NCBI GenBank assembly: GCA_003482855.1 | Contig: DMXO01000002.1 | Location: forward strand, 112,114-176,113 | Reading direction: 5' to 3' | Source of the DNA: Candidatus Magasanikiibacteriota bacterium | Lineage (GTDB): Bacteria; Patescibacteriota; Patescibacteriia; Magasanikbacterales; UBA922 | Length of the DNA: 64,000 nt | Part shown: one piece after another, positions 47,601 to 58,374 of the stretch | Numbering within the stretch: the stretch's first letter is position 1 | Layout of the letters: every line of letters begins with the position of its first letter | Made by a program: the position numbers and the translations under genes | Notes under the pieces: generated by a model | Databases searched by the model: none | Seen by the model: the letters and a program-made list of their open reading frames with translations, nothing else | Told to the model about the DNA's origin: nothing

Positions 47601-47915
47601 TTATTTCTTATCCCCTTTTACATTTTTCCATTGAGCCTTGACCAATTTTTCTACCATGTCCCGCATATTGTCGACAAGTCCATTTTCTACTGCATATTTA
47701 TTCACAACTTCTTCTACTGCTTGGTAATATTTACTCTTCGTCATACTACTCCATTGTTCTGAACTGGTTACTTTGTTTTTGACTTCTCCATACACATCAG
47801 CTGCGTAGTCAAGAAGTTCATCTCTTACTTGTTTACCCTTCTTGGTCGCGTTGAGCCACATGAGTCCGGCGCCAAGCAATCCCCCTACAAAAAGACCTTT
47901 TTTAAATGTACCCAT
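47601..47915 (-). CDS. YtxH-like (DUF948) small membrane-associated protein
   Basis: MGTFKKGLFVGGLLGAGLMWLNATKKGKQ...: N-terminal Gly-rich helix then coiled region; 104 aa. Confidence 0.5.
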   Translation of the reverse strand: MGTFKKGLFVGGLLGAGLMWLNATKKGKQVRDELLDYAADVYGEVKNKVTSSEQWSSMTKSKYYQAVEEVVNKYAVENGLVDNMRDMVEKLVKAQWKNVKGDKK

Positions 47916-47980
47916 ATGATTAAAATTATATTCAAATTTTTATATCACTACTCTCTATACAAAGTATACCAGACGATACT

Positions 47981-49171
47981 CTATCCTACAAGCTCTCTAT
48001 ACAAAGTATCAAGCTGTCCTGCTACCTGCTCCCACGCATATTTGCGCTCAGCCACCATACGGACATCTTGACGCCAAGATGCTTGCTGCGTATCTTGTGA
48101 AAAATAACCAGCAATGGTATCTGCCAATTCATGGGTATTGCCGGGTTCAAATACCATCCCCCCATCACGTGCAACCGTACGGACGCCAGGCAAATCACTT
48201 GCAACCACAGGCACACCACTTGCCATAGCTTCGAGAAGCACCATGCCAAATGCCTCACCCCTTGTCATAGACGGAAGTACAAGCAAATCAGCCATATTAT
48301 AATAATATGGCAATTCTTCATTTGAAACTGAACCAACAAAACGAACTATCTCTCCAAGTCCCATACCCTGCGCTCGCAATTCAAACTTTTCTCGTAATTC
48401 ACCATCACCAACACACACACACTGTATGCGTTCATCACGCTGTTTGAGTAAGAGTAATGCATCAAGCAACAAAGGTATACCCTTGAAATAATGGGGTGCA
48501 TCCATGCCTCCAACAAACAACACAGTTGGCAATTCAGGATTAAGACGATGGCGTGCAAATAAAGCGTCCTGTACCATCCGTGGCTCAAACTGATGTATAT
48601 CCACACCAAAAGGAATTTCTACCCACTTATCTTCGTTCGCGCGAAATAACCCTGCTGCATCACTTACCTTGATATAATCAAAAGAACTTGCGATAAGTTT
48701 GTCAGCACTCCCTAAAATTTTGGGCATCCAATATGATGCATAATATTTGAACACAAGTCCTTTCCACCCGCCACTACGCGTATCCATATGATACGTGATT
48801 ACCAATGGTTTCTCTGGATGTTTTTCTTTCCATTTTCGCACCATATTTGCCGTACCAAAAAAAGGATAATGTAAATGCACAATATCGAAATCGTCAAGCT
48901 CCTGTTTTATCTGGGGCATATACGCCGCATTCCCATAACTAATAGGTATTTTGAGACGTTTGGCATAATCTATTGACTCTTGAAGCTTCGGTGTATGTGT
49001 ACGAGCAGATGGGGTGTCTTTTGCGCGAATTTCTTTGTGTTCATAATACTGCGGGGTAAAAACCATCACCTCATGACCATAATTTGCCAAATAACTTGCA
49101 GTCTGAAACACGACATTACCCATGCCGCCAAAATAAGGAGGGTATGTAGATACGATGTGAGCAATGCGCAT
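47981..49171 (-). CDS. glycosyltransferase family 4 (GT-B fold)
   Basis: MRIAHIVSTYPPYFGGMGNVV..., C-terminal E-x7-E-like region; 396 aa. Confidence 0.8.
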   Translation of the reverse strand: MRIAHIVSTYPPYFGGMGNVVFQTASYLANYGHEVMVFTPQYYEHKEIRAKDTPSARTHTPKLQESIDYAKRLKIPISYGNAAYMPQIKQELDDFDIVHLHYPFFGTANMVRKWKEKHPEKPLVITYHMDTRSGGWKGLVFKYYASYWMPKILGSADKLIASSFDYIKVSDAAGLFRANEDKWVEIPFGVDIHQFEPRMVQDALFARHRLNPELPTVLFVGGMDAPHYFKGIPLLLDALLLLKQRDERIQCVCVGDGELREKFELRAQGMGLGEIVRFVGSVSNEELPYYYNMADLLVLPSMTRGEAFGMVLLEAMASGVPVVASDLPGVRTVARDGGMVFEPGNTHELADTIAGYFSQDTQQASWRQDVRMVAERKYAWEQVAGQLDTLYRELVG

Positions 49172-49179
49172 ACAAATGT

Positions 49180-49575
49180 TTATTTATCCAACGCTTTATC
49201 GCGTACAACTTTGGTCAAGTCTCGTTTCAACTCCTCAAACTTAACATGTAATCTAAACAGTATAAAAAAGATAATGACGAGCGCAATATAAATCACAAAG
49301 TCGACACCGCGGCCAATTCCAAAACGACGTGCTATGATTTGAACTGATTCAGGCCACATGACCACTATGCTTGCACCAACCCAAAATAGAATCCAAAACA
49401 ACATGCCTTTGGGTCCCAAAGAACTTTCTCTCCTCTTGTTCACCACACTTACAATTGCAAATAATGCAAAAAGTATAAAAACCACTTGAAAAACTGAAAG
49501 CATATACTTATAAATTACATATATGAGTAAAAAATTCAGAAGCGAGAGCATATATTCCCGTTCCCCAATCCACAA
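49180..49575 (-). CDS. DUF2304-like small membrane protein (often paired with GT2 in polysaccharide loci)
   Basis: 3 TM helices; RRFGIGRGVD motif; alternative start ATG at 49548. Confidence 0.5.
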   Translation of the reverse strand: MWIGEREYMLSLLNFLLIYVIYKYMLSVFQVVFILFALFAIVSVVNKRRESSLGPKGMLFWILFWVGASIVVMWPESVQIIARRFGIGRGVDFVIYIALVIIFFILFRLHVKFEELKRDLTKVVRDKALDK

Positions 49576-49621
49576 CCCAGTACTTACTCTCTAAAACCTA
49601 AGCTTACCTAAAACCTAACAC

Positions 49622-50290
49622 CTATTTCACGATCTTCCCCCACAACAAATCTCTAACTATTTTGAAACCTCCTACTGCACGTTGGCCATATTCATGGTAC
49701 GTCACCTGTACCGGAAATTCAATATAATTCAAATGATATTTTTTTGTAAGAGCGAGAATTTCAGTCGCATGTGCCATCCGATTTTGAGTGATCCGTATCT
49801 TATCCAAAGCCTTTTTATTGAGTATGCGAAATCCATTATGCGCATCAGTCACTTGCACCGCACCAAACAACAGATTCACAATTCGACCAAGAGGTGCAAG
49901 CACATGGCGTTTGAACCAAGGCATATTTGAACGTTTGTCAAAAAAGCGTGATCCAAACAATATATCAGCACCTTGTGCTTGTAACTTCTCTAGGGCTGGA
50001 TCTATATCTGCCGCGTCAAACTGTTCATCAGCATCAAAATGTAATACATAATCAGCATTCATTCCTCGAGCATATGTGTGTCCAGTCTCCAAGGCAGCTC
50101 CTTGTCCCAAATTAATTTCATGGCGCAGGACAATCGCCTGAGCATGCTCTGCTTCTCTACTTGTTGCATCAGATGATGCATCATCTACCACTACCACACT
50201 GTCTACATGTTCAAAAAGACTCTGCACCACAGAGCCTATTGTCTTTTCTTCATTATGAGCTGGTACAATTGCGATAAACATAGTATTCAA
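49622..50290 (-). CDS. glycosyltransferase family 2 (GT-A fold)
   Basis: FIAIVPAHNEEKTI...VVVVDDASSD (DxD/DD motifs). Confidence 0.8.
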   Translation of the reverse strand: MNTMFIAIVPAHNEEKTIGSVVQSLFEHVDSVVVVDDASSDATSREAEHAQAIVLRHEINLGQGAALETGHTYARGMNADYVLHFDADEQFDAADIDPALEKLQAQGADILFGSRFFDKRSNMPWFKRHVLAPLGRIVNLLFGAVQVTDAHNGFRILNKKALDKIRITQNRMAHATEILALTKKYHLNYIEFPVQVTYHEYGQRAVGGFKIVRDLLWGKIVK

Positions 50291-50306
50291 CTACAGTCTG
50301 GCAAAA

Positions 50307-51338
50307 TTAGCCAATATGATTATTCATCAACAGCATTTCCTTGTTGGCAAGTGTATAATCAATCGTGCGTTGTAATCCTTCCTCAAGTCTCACGAGAGGA
50401 ATCCAACCCAGCTGTTCTTTTGCACGGCGCAGGTCAGGCAGCCCTTTCTTGGTCAAAAATACCAAAGGATCTTCATACCGAATATGCGACAATGAATTGG
50501 TCATCTCAATAATTTTTTCTGCAACTTCTTGCATTCTATAGGGTTCATCAAGTCCTAAATTGACTATAGACATATCTGGATCAGTACCCATGAGACGCAC
50601 GAGACCATCTATCATATCAGATACAAAACATAATGATTGATGCAAACTTCCCTCACCGTAAATAACTAAATCTTTATTTTCAAGTGCATTCAAAATAAAA
50701 TCAGGTATAAGCAATCCGTCGCGCAATTTCATACGCGGACCGTATGTCGTGAATATACGTGCTATTTTGGCATCAAGCCCATATACTTGGCGATAGGTTT
50801 CTATACAGGTCTCAGCAAAACGTTTGCCCTCATCATAACAACCACGGGGAGACAGATGTTGAACAATACCCTCCTCATCTTCTGAAAAAATATGATCTTC
50901 TCCTGTGGGCTCGCCATATACAACAGAGCTTGAACCAAATACATATTTTGCTCGATAAACAACGGCCAAATCAAGCGTATTGAGCATGGCACGAGAATTT
51001 GCCCACAAGGAATGAATTTTCAAATCTTCAAAGTTTTTTGGGCTTGTAGGACATGCAAGGTGATATATTTCTTGAATTCCCTGAAATCTAACTTTGAATT
51101 TTTCAAGCTCAGGAAAACTATTGATGTCAATGGGTTGATTGACATCATATTTAATAAATTCAAAATCAGGATATTGCAACAAATGCTGAATATTTTGGAT
51201 ATGTGAATTTGACAAATCATCCATGCAAATCACTTTTGCCTCTTTGAGCAACCGTTCACATAGGTGGGAACCCAAAAAACCAGCCCCACCGGTTACGAGA
51301 ACATTCTTTTTTTCAAAAATAGGTGTATCTCCAATCAT
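50307..51338 (-). CDS. NAD-dependent epimerase/dehydratase (SDR family; UDP-glucuronate decarboxylase/UDP-sugar epimerase-like)
   Basis: VLVTGGAGFLGSHL Rossmann motif; YxxxK present; 343 aa. Confidence 0.8.
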   Translation of the reverse strand: MIGDTPIFEKKNVLVTGGAGFLGSHLCERLLKEAKVICMDDLSNSHIQNIQHLLQYPDFEFIKYDVNQPIDINSFPELEKFKVRFQGIQEIYHLACPTSPKNFEDLKIHSLWANSRAMLNTLDLAVVYRAKYVFGSSSVVYGEPTGEDHIFSEDEEGIVQHLSPRGCYDEGKRFAETCIETYRQVYGLDAKIARIFTTYGPRMKLRDGLLIPDFILNALENKDLVIYGEGSLHQSLCFVSDMIDGLVRLMGTDPDMSIVNLGLDEPYRMQEVAEKIIEMTNSLSHIRYEDPLVFLTKKGLPDLRRAKEQLGWIPLVRLEEGLQRTIDYTLANKEMLLMNNHIG

Positions 51339-51355
51339 ATAAATAGTATAAGGAA

Positions 51356-53401
51356 TTACAATTGAGTGACGAGTATTGGGCCACGATCCTTGCTATTGAG
51401 CGCCCACCACTCTTCTATGAGTCTGCCATAAGTATCAAATACGCGTACTGGCTGGCCGTTCACTTGTGGCGTTACTATAAGCTCATAGGTGCCATTATCA
51501 TCATAATCAAAAATATTCATAAATACCCCTTCTTTGTACTGTGGCAAATATACTCTAAAATCGCGAACAACTTCTCCGCTCTGTTCAATAATATAGGCAC
51601 GCGCTTGTTTGCCTACACGAGAATTGACTATATATTCATCTATACCGTCATTGTCTATATCCCCCACTATGATGCGATCACCTTTGACCCCATCGATAGA
51701 ATATACATCAATCGTATCAAATGAAGAACCTTCTATTCGTTCAACAAATGTACTACCATCATATATGTACGTAAGCACAACATCATAAATATCGCGTACC
51801 TCATCATATATAACATTCACCGAGGCGCCGTCATGTGATGTGTCTTCAATACTACGTAATGATTGACCATCGAGTGTATATACAGACACGTATGTCTCAC
51901 TTGCTTGCTTAGGAGATATAAGTACTTCAGATTCATAATCTCCAAGCACGTCCCCCGCTGTTATGTCATATATGCCATCTCCCTCAATAGACCACTTGTG
52001 AAGACGACCTAATTCATGATTATAAATACTAACAATTTTTTCATGAGGTGCTCCACTGCGAATAGTTACATAGCGTACAAGCCCATCGCGTGTAACAAAA
52101 CGTTCTATGTCTTCGACTCCTTCAAACGCAATACGTCTCACGATATCAGTCATTTCATTTCCATGTGTGCGGCGTTCATATTCACCAGTCAGTGGAGCCA
52201 AAAATATCATGCGACTTTGAGATTCACCACTCGCAGGTAGAGAAGGCCCTACAACTTGCTTGGATCTATCTTGCTTTTGACTATCTGTCTGCTGCCCGAG
52301 CGCGTACTCTATTGCCTTATCAATTTGAAGCAACCCTGCACCAAACAAATTGGCATATACCACTTCATCTTGACCCGGTGTGTGTTGCACTGTAGATGTC
52401 AATGCACGTATAAGCTCAGGTGCCTTCCATAGAGGTTGGAGGCTCTTGATAAGTGCTGCGGCACCACTCAAAAAAGGAGTTGCAAATGAAGTGCCATCCC
52501 ATCCTTCATCCACAGAATATGTATCATACAGTGCATCTAATGGGGAAAAAAACAATGTCGATTTGATACCAACACCAGGAGCTGTGATATCTATACATTG
52601 TGATCCAGAATTAGAAAAAATAGCCAAATGATGTCCTTCGTCAATAGCGCTCACCCCGACAACTTTCTCAATCGTTGTGTCATTATCTGCGCAAATAGGA
52701 TATCTTGGAGACTCATTCAAATAAGTCAAATTGTTGCCCGCTGCAGCAGCAACAAAAACACCGTGATCATATGCATAGGTAACTGCTTCAATTACATCAT
52801 CCACTTCTCCACTCCCTACCATGCTGACATTGATGACATCAGCGCCATTGTCTACCGCATAATATATTGCCTCAGCGAGAGGAGCTAGATCTCCCACACC
52901 ATCATTCCCAAGAACCTTGAGATTCATAAGTTTTACATCCCAGTTCACGCCAGCACCATCACGTCCATTATTGCCTTTTGCACCAATAATACCAGCTACA
53001 ATAGTACCATGATTATAGATACCTTCTTCTTGTGAAGCAGCATCTAGACCCAATACATCAGGACGAGGATCATTGGTATAATCGAGAAAATTCCATCCAT
53101 ATACATCATCCACATACCCATTATGGTCATCATCCAATTTATTATCGGGAATTTCGCTCTCGTTCTTCCATACATTATCGCGCAAATCTGGATGAAACAT
53201 GTCAAAACCATTGTCTATCACAGCCACAACAACGTCTTTGGATCCTGTGGTCTTGTCCCATGCATCATATATACCCAAATCATTATACGCCCACTGAAGT
53301 GCATATGGATCATTGGGAATTTTTGCCATTGCAGGAAAAGGGAAATACGCACTAATTATAATCAAAATAAGAAAAATGTATGCATGAATTTTTTTAAACA
53401 T
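51356..53401 (-). CDS. secreted S8 family serine peptidase (subtilase) with C-terminal extension
   Basis: signal peptide; VVAVIDNGFD (Asp), HGTIVAGIIGA (His), GTSFATPFLSGAAAL (Ser) catalytic triad motifs; 681 aa. Confidence 0.85.
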   Translation of the reverse strand: MFKKIHAYIFLILIIISAYFPFPAMAKIPNDPYALQWAYNDLGIYDAWDKTTGSKDVVVAVIDNGFDMFHPDLRDNVWKNESEIPDNKLDDDHNGYVDDVYGWNFLDYTNDPRPDVLGLDAASQEEGIYNHGTIVAGIIGAKGNNGRDGAGVNWDVKLMNLKVLGNDGVGDLAPLAEAIYYAVDNGADVINVSMVGSGEVDDVIEAVTYAYDHGVFVAAAAGNNLTYLNESPRYPICADNDTTIEKVVGVSAIDEGHHLAIFSNSGSQCIDITAPGVGIKSTLFFSPLDALYDTYSVDEGWDGTSFATPFLSGAAALIKSLQPLWKAPELIRALTSTVQHTPGQDEVVYANLFGAGLLQIDKAIEYALGQQTDSQKQDRSKQVVGPSLPASGESQSRMIFLAPLTGEYERRTHGNEMTDIVRRIAFEGVEDIERFVTRDGLVRYVTIRSGAPHEKIVSIYNHELGRLHKWSIEGDGIYDITAGDVLGDYESEVLISPKQASETYVSVYTLDGQSLRSIEDTSHDGASVNVIYDEVRDIYDVVLTYIYDGSTFVERIEGSSFDTIDVYSIDGVKGDRIIVGDIDNDGIDEYIVNSRVGKQARAYIIEQSGEVVRDFRVYLPQYKEGVFMNIFDYDDNGTYELIVTPQVNGQPVRVFDTYGRLIEEWWALNSKDRGPILVTQL

Positions 53402-53491
53402 AGGTATACAACACTTGTTTTTTTGTGTTTATTATGCTATAAATTATATGAACTTAGTATATCAATTTATATAAACTTAATCAACATAAGC

Positions 53492-54880
53492 ATGAAATAC
53501 ATGTACCGGTTCAAACAGCTCATCCTAGCGAGTGGTGACCTCATCGCTTTTTTCAGCGGATTTTTGCTGAGCCTTATCACACGATCTGTTGCACTCCCAT
53601 CAGTGGCGCAAGTCACATCAAACATGACACTATTCTTTTTTGTGTTTTTGTTCTGGATAGTTGCCAATTACATCAATGGCCTGTATGACTTGAAGCTTAT
53701 CCGAGATGCTGGATTATACAAACGCATTATCCAGACAAGCATCTTTTCTCTTGCTGTAGGTGTTATATTTTTTTATATCACACCAAATCGTTACATCACA
53801 CCGAAAACAATTCTTATATTATCCGTCATATTTGGATATATGTTTGCCTATGTATGGCGTGTTATTTACAATGCCGTCATAGGAGAAAAAACTCTGCAAA
53901 CCAATATCATGTTCCTTGGCTACTCAGCCGAAACTGCTGAATTACTCAATATATTACGCAAAGAAACTAATCTTGGTTACCATGTAGTCGCTCTCATTGA
54001 CCCTGAACACCTTGCAAAAACATCGGACCACCCAAACATAAAAATAATTGATGATATCAATCAGATAGACACTATTGCACAGACATACCATGTCACGACC
54101 ATAGTCACGTCTCCACACCTCGAGATGTATGAAGAAATAACAAAAAAAATATACTCACTACTCTTTTCTACAGTGAGTATTATTGATCTTACATCTTTTT
54201 ATGAGACACTCACCGGTCGTATACCTCCTACAACCTTTTCAGAAGGCTGGTTTATAAAAAACATACGCAGTTCTGAACATATTGTGTATGACAAACTCAG
54301 AAGACTCACAGATATTATTGCGGCCATAGCGCTCGGCGTAGTCCTCCTTATTACATCACCTATTATCATCCCTCTTATTCATTACACATCTCAAGGGCCT
54401 GTCATATTTAGACAAAAAAGAATAGGAAAAAATGGATACATATTCTGGATATATAAATTCAGAACCATGTATGCGCTCGCTGCAGACGGAAGCGCAGAAA
54501 CGCAGGGAGCACAATTCGCTGAAAAAGATGATGAACGAATTACAAAGATAGGAAAATTATTACGCAAAACACGGCTTGATGAAATACCCCAAGTATGGAA
54601 TCTCCTCAAAGGAGATGTAACACTTATAGGACCTCGGCCAGAACGACCGGAAATCGTACAAAAACTTGAAGCACACATGCCCTATTATGCGCTACGCCAC
54701 ATGGTGAAACCGGGCATCACCGGTTGGGCTGCTGTACACCAACATTATACAGATACACTCGAAACATCGTTACAAAAACTGCAGTACGATTTATATTATA
54801 TAAAAAACAAATCCTGGTTATTGGATTTGTCTATCATACTCAAAACGATAAATGTAGTATTGAGAGGGATGGGACAGTAA
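53492..54880 (+). CDS. polyprenyl-phosphate sugar phosphotransferase (bacterial sugar transferase, WbaP/WcaJ-like initiating enzyme)
   Basis: C-terminal ...PVIFRQKRIGKNG..F.IYKFRTM...DERITKIGKLLRKTRLDEIPQVWNLLKGDVTLIGPRPERPE; start at ATG 53492 (MKYMYRF); upstream part of track ORF is read-through. Confidence 0.85.
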   Translation: MKYMYRFKQLILASGDLIAFFSGFLLSLITRSVALPSVAQVTSNMTLFFFVFLFWIVANYINGLYDLKLIRDAGLYKRIIQTSIFSLAVGVIFFYITPNRYITPKTILILSVIFGYMFAYVWRVIYNAVIGEKTLQTNIMFLGYSAETAELLNILRKETNLGYHVVALIDPEHLAKTSDHPNIKIIDDINQIDTIAQTYHVTTIVTSPHLEMYEEITKKIYSLLFSTVSIIDLTSFYETLTGRIPPTTFSEGWFIKNIRSSEHIVYDKLRRLTDIIAAIALGVVLLITSPIIIPLIHYTSQGPVIFRQKRIGKNGYIFWIYKFRTMYALAADGSAETQGAQFAEKDDERITKIGKLLRKTRLDEIPQVWNLLKGDVTLIGPRPERPEIVQKLEAHMPYYALRHMVKPGITGWAAVHQHYTDTLETSLQKLQYDLYYIKNKSWLLDLSIILKTINVVLRGMGQ

Positions 54881-54907
54881 AATCCCCCATTAGAATAAAA
54901 AGTTGTC

Positions 54908-55957
54908 ATGAAAGAACGCGACTTTCCAATTGATTTCCTGAGAACACTAGGGTTGTTTGCGATAATCTTGGCACATGTTTCTCCACCTGCTCTTATTTCC
55001 CAATTAAGAAGTTTTGACGTTCCTCTCATGGTGGTAATATCTGGTTACGTATTTGCCATAACAAAGCCAACTTCTGAAAATACATTCAAATTAATTCCTT
55101 ATGTTAAAAATCGCTTTGTTAGACTCGCTATCCCTGTCTGGATTTTTTTGTCATTTTTTTTCATCCTTGTCTTTATATCATCGCACGTATTAAACATACC
55201 TTTTCCCTTTGGTGGAGCAAAGATACTATCAAGCTATTTGTTATGGAATGGCATCGGATACGTGTGGATAATTAGAGTATTCTTGATGATAGCAATATGT
55301 GGTCCTCTTTTTATAAAAAAAATAGAAAAATTTAAAAATAAACTACACATCATTGCCATCTTGTATGTCTCATATGAAATAATATTTCTTTTATACACAA
55401 AAATATATTTCAAACTCAATGACAATTTAAACCTTATACTTATTGGAACATTATTTTACCTTATACCCTATTTACTATTTTTTACTTATGGAACATTTTT
55501 TAGACAGATGAAAAAAAATACAACCTCATCTATTATTTTAATATTGGTCATCACACTAGTTGTTGGGATATGGTACACATACGACAAAAACGGCGTACTC
55601 CTTGACATCAGACGTTTCAAGTATCCGCCAACTTCTTTTTACACCACATACGCTATATTAATATCAACCCTGCTATTAAAATATATAAACATTTTTGAAA
55701 AAATAAAGTCTATCAAATCCCGCACATTAATACACTTTATAGGGTCGTCGACGTTATGGATATACTTGTGGCATATTCCTATTGTCCTTTTTCTACACTT
55801 TGCGGAATTCAATTATATTTTTATTAAATATATACTCGTCATCTGTCTTTCTATATGTATCACTTTTATACAACAAAAATTTCTTTATTTTTTGCTGACC
55901 AAAAATAAACTACTAAAAAGCAGAGAAAAACTACTAAAAATCATATTTACTGGATGA
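54908..55957 (+). CDS. acyltransferase family 3 membrane protein (O-acetyltransferase-like)
   Basis: MKERDFPIDFLRTLGLFAIILAHV N-terminal signature, ~10 TM helices. Confidence 0.8.
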   Translation: MKERDFPIDFLRTLGLFAIILAHVSPPALISQLRSFDVPLMVVISGYVFAITKPTSENTFKLIPYVKNRFVRLAIPVWIFLSFFFILVFISSHVLNIPFPFGGAKILSSYLLWNGIGYVWIIRVFLMIAICGPLFIKKIEKFKNKLHIIAILYVSYEIIFLLYTKIYFKLNDNLNLILIGTLFYLIPYLLFFTYGTFFRQMKKNTTSSIILILVITLVVGIWYTYDKNGVLLDIRRFKYPPTSFYTTYAILISTLLLKYINIFEKIKSIKSRTLIHFIGSSTLWIYLWHIPIVLFLHFAEFNYIFIKYILVICLSICITFIQQKFLYFLLTKNKLLKSREKLLKIIFTG

Positions 55958-55977
55958 ATGTATTCAAACCAGCCTAT

Positions 55978-56012
55978 CAAAAAGAGCATATATGTATCAT
56001 GCTCTTTTTTTA
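55978..56012. terminator. bidirectional terminator between convergent genes
   Basis: aaaa-agagcat-atatgtatc-atgctct-tttttt. Confidence 0.55.
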
Positions 56013-56049
56013 TATATATCTTATTATTTCTAGATATTCTTGGCTTGAA

Positions 56050-56973
56050 TCAGCCTACTACCCCCCACCCAATTTTGAGCTCCCTAATCCCATCTTCGAG
56101 ATTAATCTTTGGCTCCCAACCAAGGAGCTGTTTTGCTTTTGTGTTGTCTGCTTCTGTATAGCGTACGTCACCTGGACGCTCCTCTACGTGTACAAAATTA
56201 CCACCCATCAATTTTACAATGTCATTCACTGAATATGGATTTTTATTCCCAATATTAATTGTTTCTCCGTTCCCCACGCTGTCTTTTGTCATAGCAAGGA
56301 TATTTGCTCTTACAACATCTGATACATGGGTATAATCGCGATAATATTCCCCATCACCGCATACGGTCATCTTTTCCCCATGTTTAAGTTGTTTCAAAAA
56401 TTTTGCTATGACCAATGCATATGCACCGTCAGGATCAGCATAGGGACCATACACATTGAAATAAATTAGGCTAACCGTTTCAAGATTGTACAACTCTGAA
56501 AAAATTCTACAGTAATGCTCTCCTATGTATTTATGCAATGCATAGGGCGCAATTGGTCTTTTGACAATACCATCTTCCACCAGAGGATATGCTTCACGTG
56601 GTTGGTCACCATATGTCGAAGACGAAGACGAAAATACTACTCGTTTTACGCCATTATCCCGCGCGGCAAGCAATACATTGAGTGTGCCATTGACATTCAC
56701 GTCATGTGTTTCTTGTGGATGCTCTACAGAAAATGTTACCCGAGGCAGAGCAGCCATATGAAATATTCCATCTATGCTCTGCATTGCGCTATTGAGATCA
56801 TCCATCTTGCGGATGTCCCCATCGATATATTCAGCGCCATTCTGAAATCGTTCTTCTTTTTTACCACCAGCATAATTATCCAAAACACGAACTTGGTGCC
56901 CTTCAGCGAGCAATTGTTTTGTCAAATTTGTCCCTATGAATCCGGCACCCCCGGTAACAAGATAATGTGACAT
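56050..56973 (-). CDS. NAD-dependent epimerase/dehydratase (UDP-glucose 4-epimerase-like)
   Basis: MSHYLVTGGAGFIGTNL; 307 aa. Confidence 0.8.
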   Translation of the reverse strand: MSHYLVTGGAGFIGTNLTKQLLAEGHQVRVLDNYAGGKKEERFQNGAEYIDGDIRKMDDLNSAMQSIDGIFHMAALPRVTFSVEHPQETHDVNVNGTLNVLLAARDNGVKRVVFSSSSSTYGDQPREAYPLVEDGIVKRPIAPYALHKYIGEHYCRIFSELYNLETVSLIYFNVYGPYADPDGAYALVIAKFLKQLKHGEKMTVCGDGEYYRDYTHVSDVVRANILAMTKDSVGNGETINIGNKNPYSVNDIVKLMGGNFVHVEERPGDVRYTEADNTKAKQLLGWEPKINLEDGIRELKIGWGVVG

Positions 56974-56977
56974 ACGT

Positions 56978-58366
56978 TTATTTTTTACCTTTTAAAAATG
57001 GAGAGCCGATGGCAATAATATCAAATCCTGCTTTTTGCAAATCAATATATCGATGCTGTAACATTCTGCGTCCATCCATAATAAGAGGCTTGTGCTTTAA
57101 TTCAGTAATAATACTATCACCTAATCCTCTAAATTGAGGCCAGTCAGTTGCTATAATAATAACATCAGCATCTTTTACTGCGTCAAATTCATGATTAAAA
57201 TAATGATACTGTTCGTTTTCTGGAAAGACAAGCTTGAAGTTGTCCATTGCCGCAGGGTCATATATATATATATTCTTTACAAGACGCTCCTGTAAATAAT
57301 AACAGATATCAATACTAGGAGAATTACGTATATCATTAGTATCACGCTTGAATGCTGTACCAACAAGTGCCACCGTCTTTCCTTCCCACTCAAAATCTGC
57401 CTCTTTTTCTGCACGTCCAATAAACGTTTCCAGCTGTCGCTTATTTGCCACATAGGTTTCGTTCACTAGAACTGCTCCATACCCCGCAGTCTGTAGTTGA
57501 TGAGACAGAGAGCGTGCATCTTTTATAAAGCAACTTCCACCTGCATACAAACTATCATACAACCCCCATGAACCTATACGTGGGTCACTACTCAAAACCT
57601 TTCGTATTTGTTCATAACTTATATTATCAAAAGCCTCGCATGTACGACCGATGACATCAAACGTAATAGCAAGCTTATTGAACAGTGTGTAATTAGCAAG
57701 CAACTTTCCTGCAGCGGCTTCCTTGGGATTTACTTCTATATATTGTACAGTCGGGGAGTCATAGAATCGCTGATACATACGGCGCATTATCTCAAAATCT
57801 TTTTCGTGCCACGCGCCTACAACGACTCTGTCTGGACTCAGTGATCCCTCTATGGCTTTGCCCTCTACCAAGAATTCTGGATTTGAAACCACACCATAAT
57901 TTTTTACTCCTGCCCTATCCATAATTTCCTGTGTCTTATCTACCATATCAATTGGCACAGTACTTTTGTTGACAATAACTACATATTTTTCCTGCATACC
58001 GCTGTTGCGTCTTGCAAGGACAGACCCAATCTTTTCGGCAGCATCAAAATAATACGTCAAATTGCTTTCTCCAGTCTCTCCTATCTCTGGGGTAGGAAGA
58101 CACATAAAAACTCCATCACATACATCAAGGAAGCCTTCTACCTTAGAATAATCTGTGGTGAAATCAATACGTCCTTGATTACGGACAAGGAGATCTCCAA
58201 GACCTTTTTCAAATAAACAAGACTCTATGGTATCACGATCTCCGGAAGAAAGCATGTCGATCTTTTTTTTATCAACATCATAAACAAGAACGTTGTGCCC
58301 GCTCGCGGCCGATACTGCTGCAGAACATGCACCGACAAAACCAGAGCCGATATATAAGATGTTCAT
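56978..58366 (-). CDS. UDP-glucose/GDP-mannose 6-dehydrogenase family (nucleotide-sugar dehydrogenase)
   Basis: MNILYIGSGFVGACSA N-terminal Rossmann; 462 aa; central Cys region. Confidence 0.85.
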   Translation of the reverse strand: MNILYIGSGFVGACSAAVSAASGHNVLVYDVDKKKIDMLSSGDRDTIESCLFEKGLGDLLVRNQGRIDFTTDYSKVEGFLDVCDGVFMCLPTPEIGETGESNLTYYFDAAEKIGSVLARRNSGMQEKYVVIVNKSTVPIDMVDKTQEIMDRAGVKNYGVVSNPEFLVEGKAIEGSLSPDRVVVGAWHEKDFEIMRRMYQRFYDSPTVQYIEVNPKEAAAGKLLANYTLFNKLAITFDVIGRTCEAFDNISYEQIRKVLSSDPRIGSWGLYDSLYAGGSCFIKDARSLSHQLQTAGYGAVLVNETYVANKRQLETFIGRAEKEADFEWEGKTVALVGTAFKRDTNDIRNSPSIDICYYLQERLVKNIYIYDPAAMDNFKLVFPENEQYHYFNHEFDAVKDADVIIIATDWPQFRGLGDSIITELKHKPLIMDGRRMLQHRYIDLQKAGFDIIAIGSPFLKGKK

Positions 58367-58374
58367 AAATAATG

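Noticed and set aside
53123-53491. Upstream extension of the sugar-transferase ORF (53123..54880)
   Set aside because: It overlaps the subtilase gene on the opposite strand. The conserved protein starts at MKYMYRF (ATG 53492).
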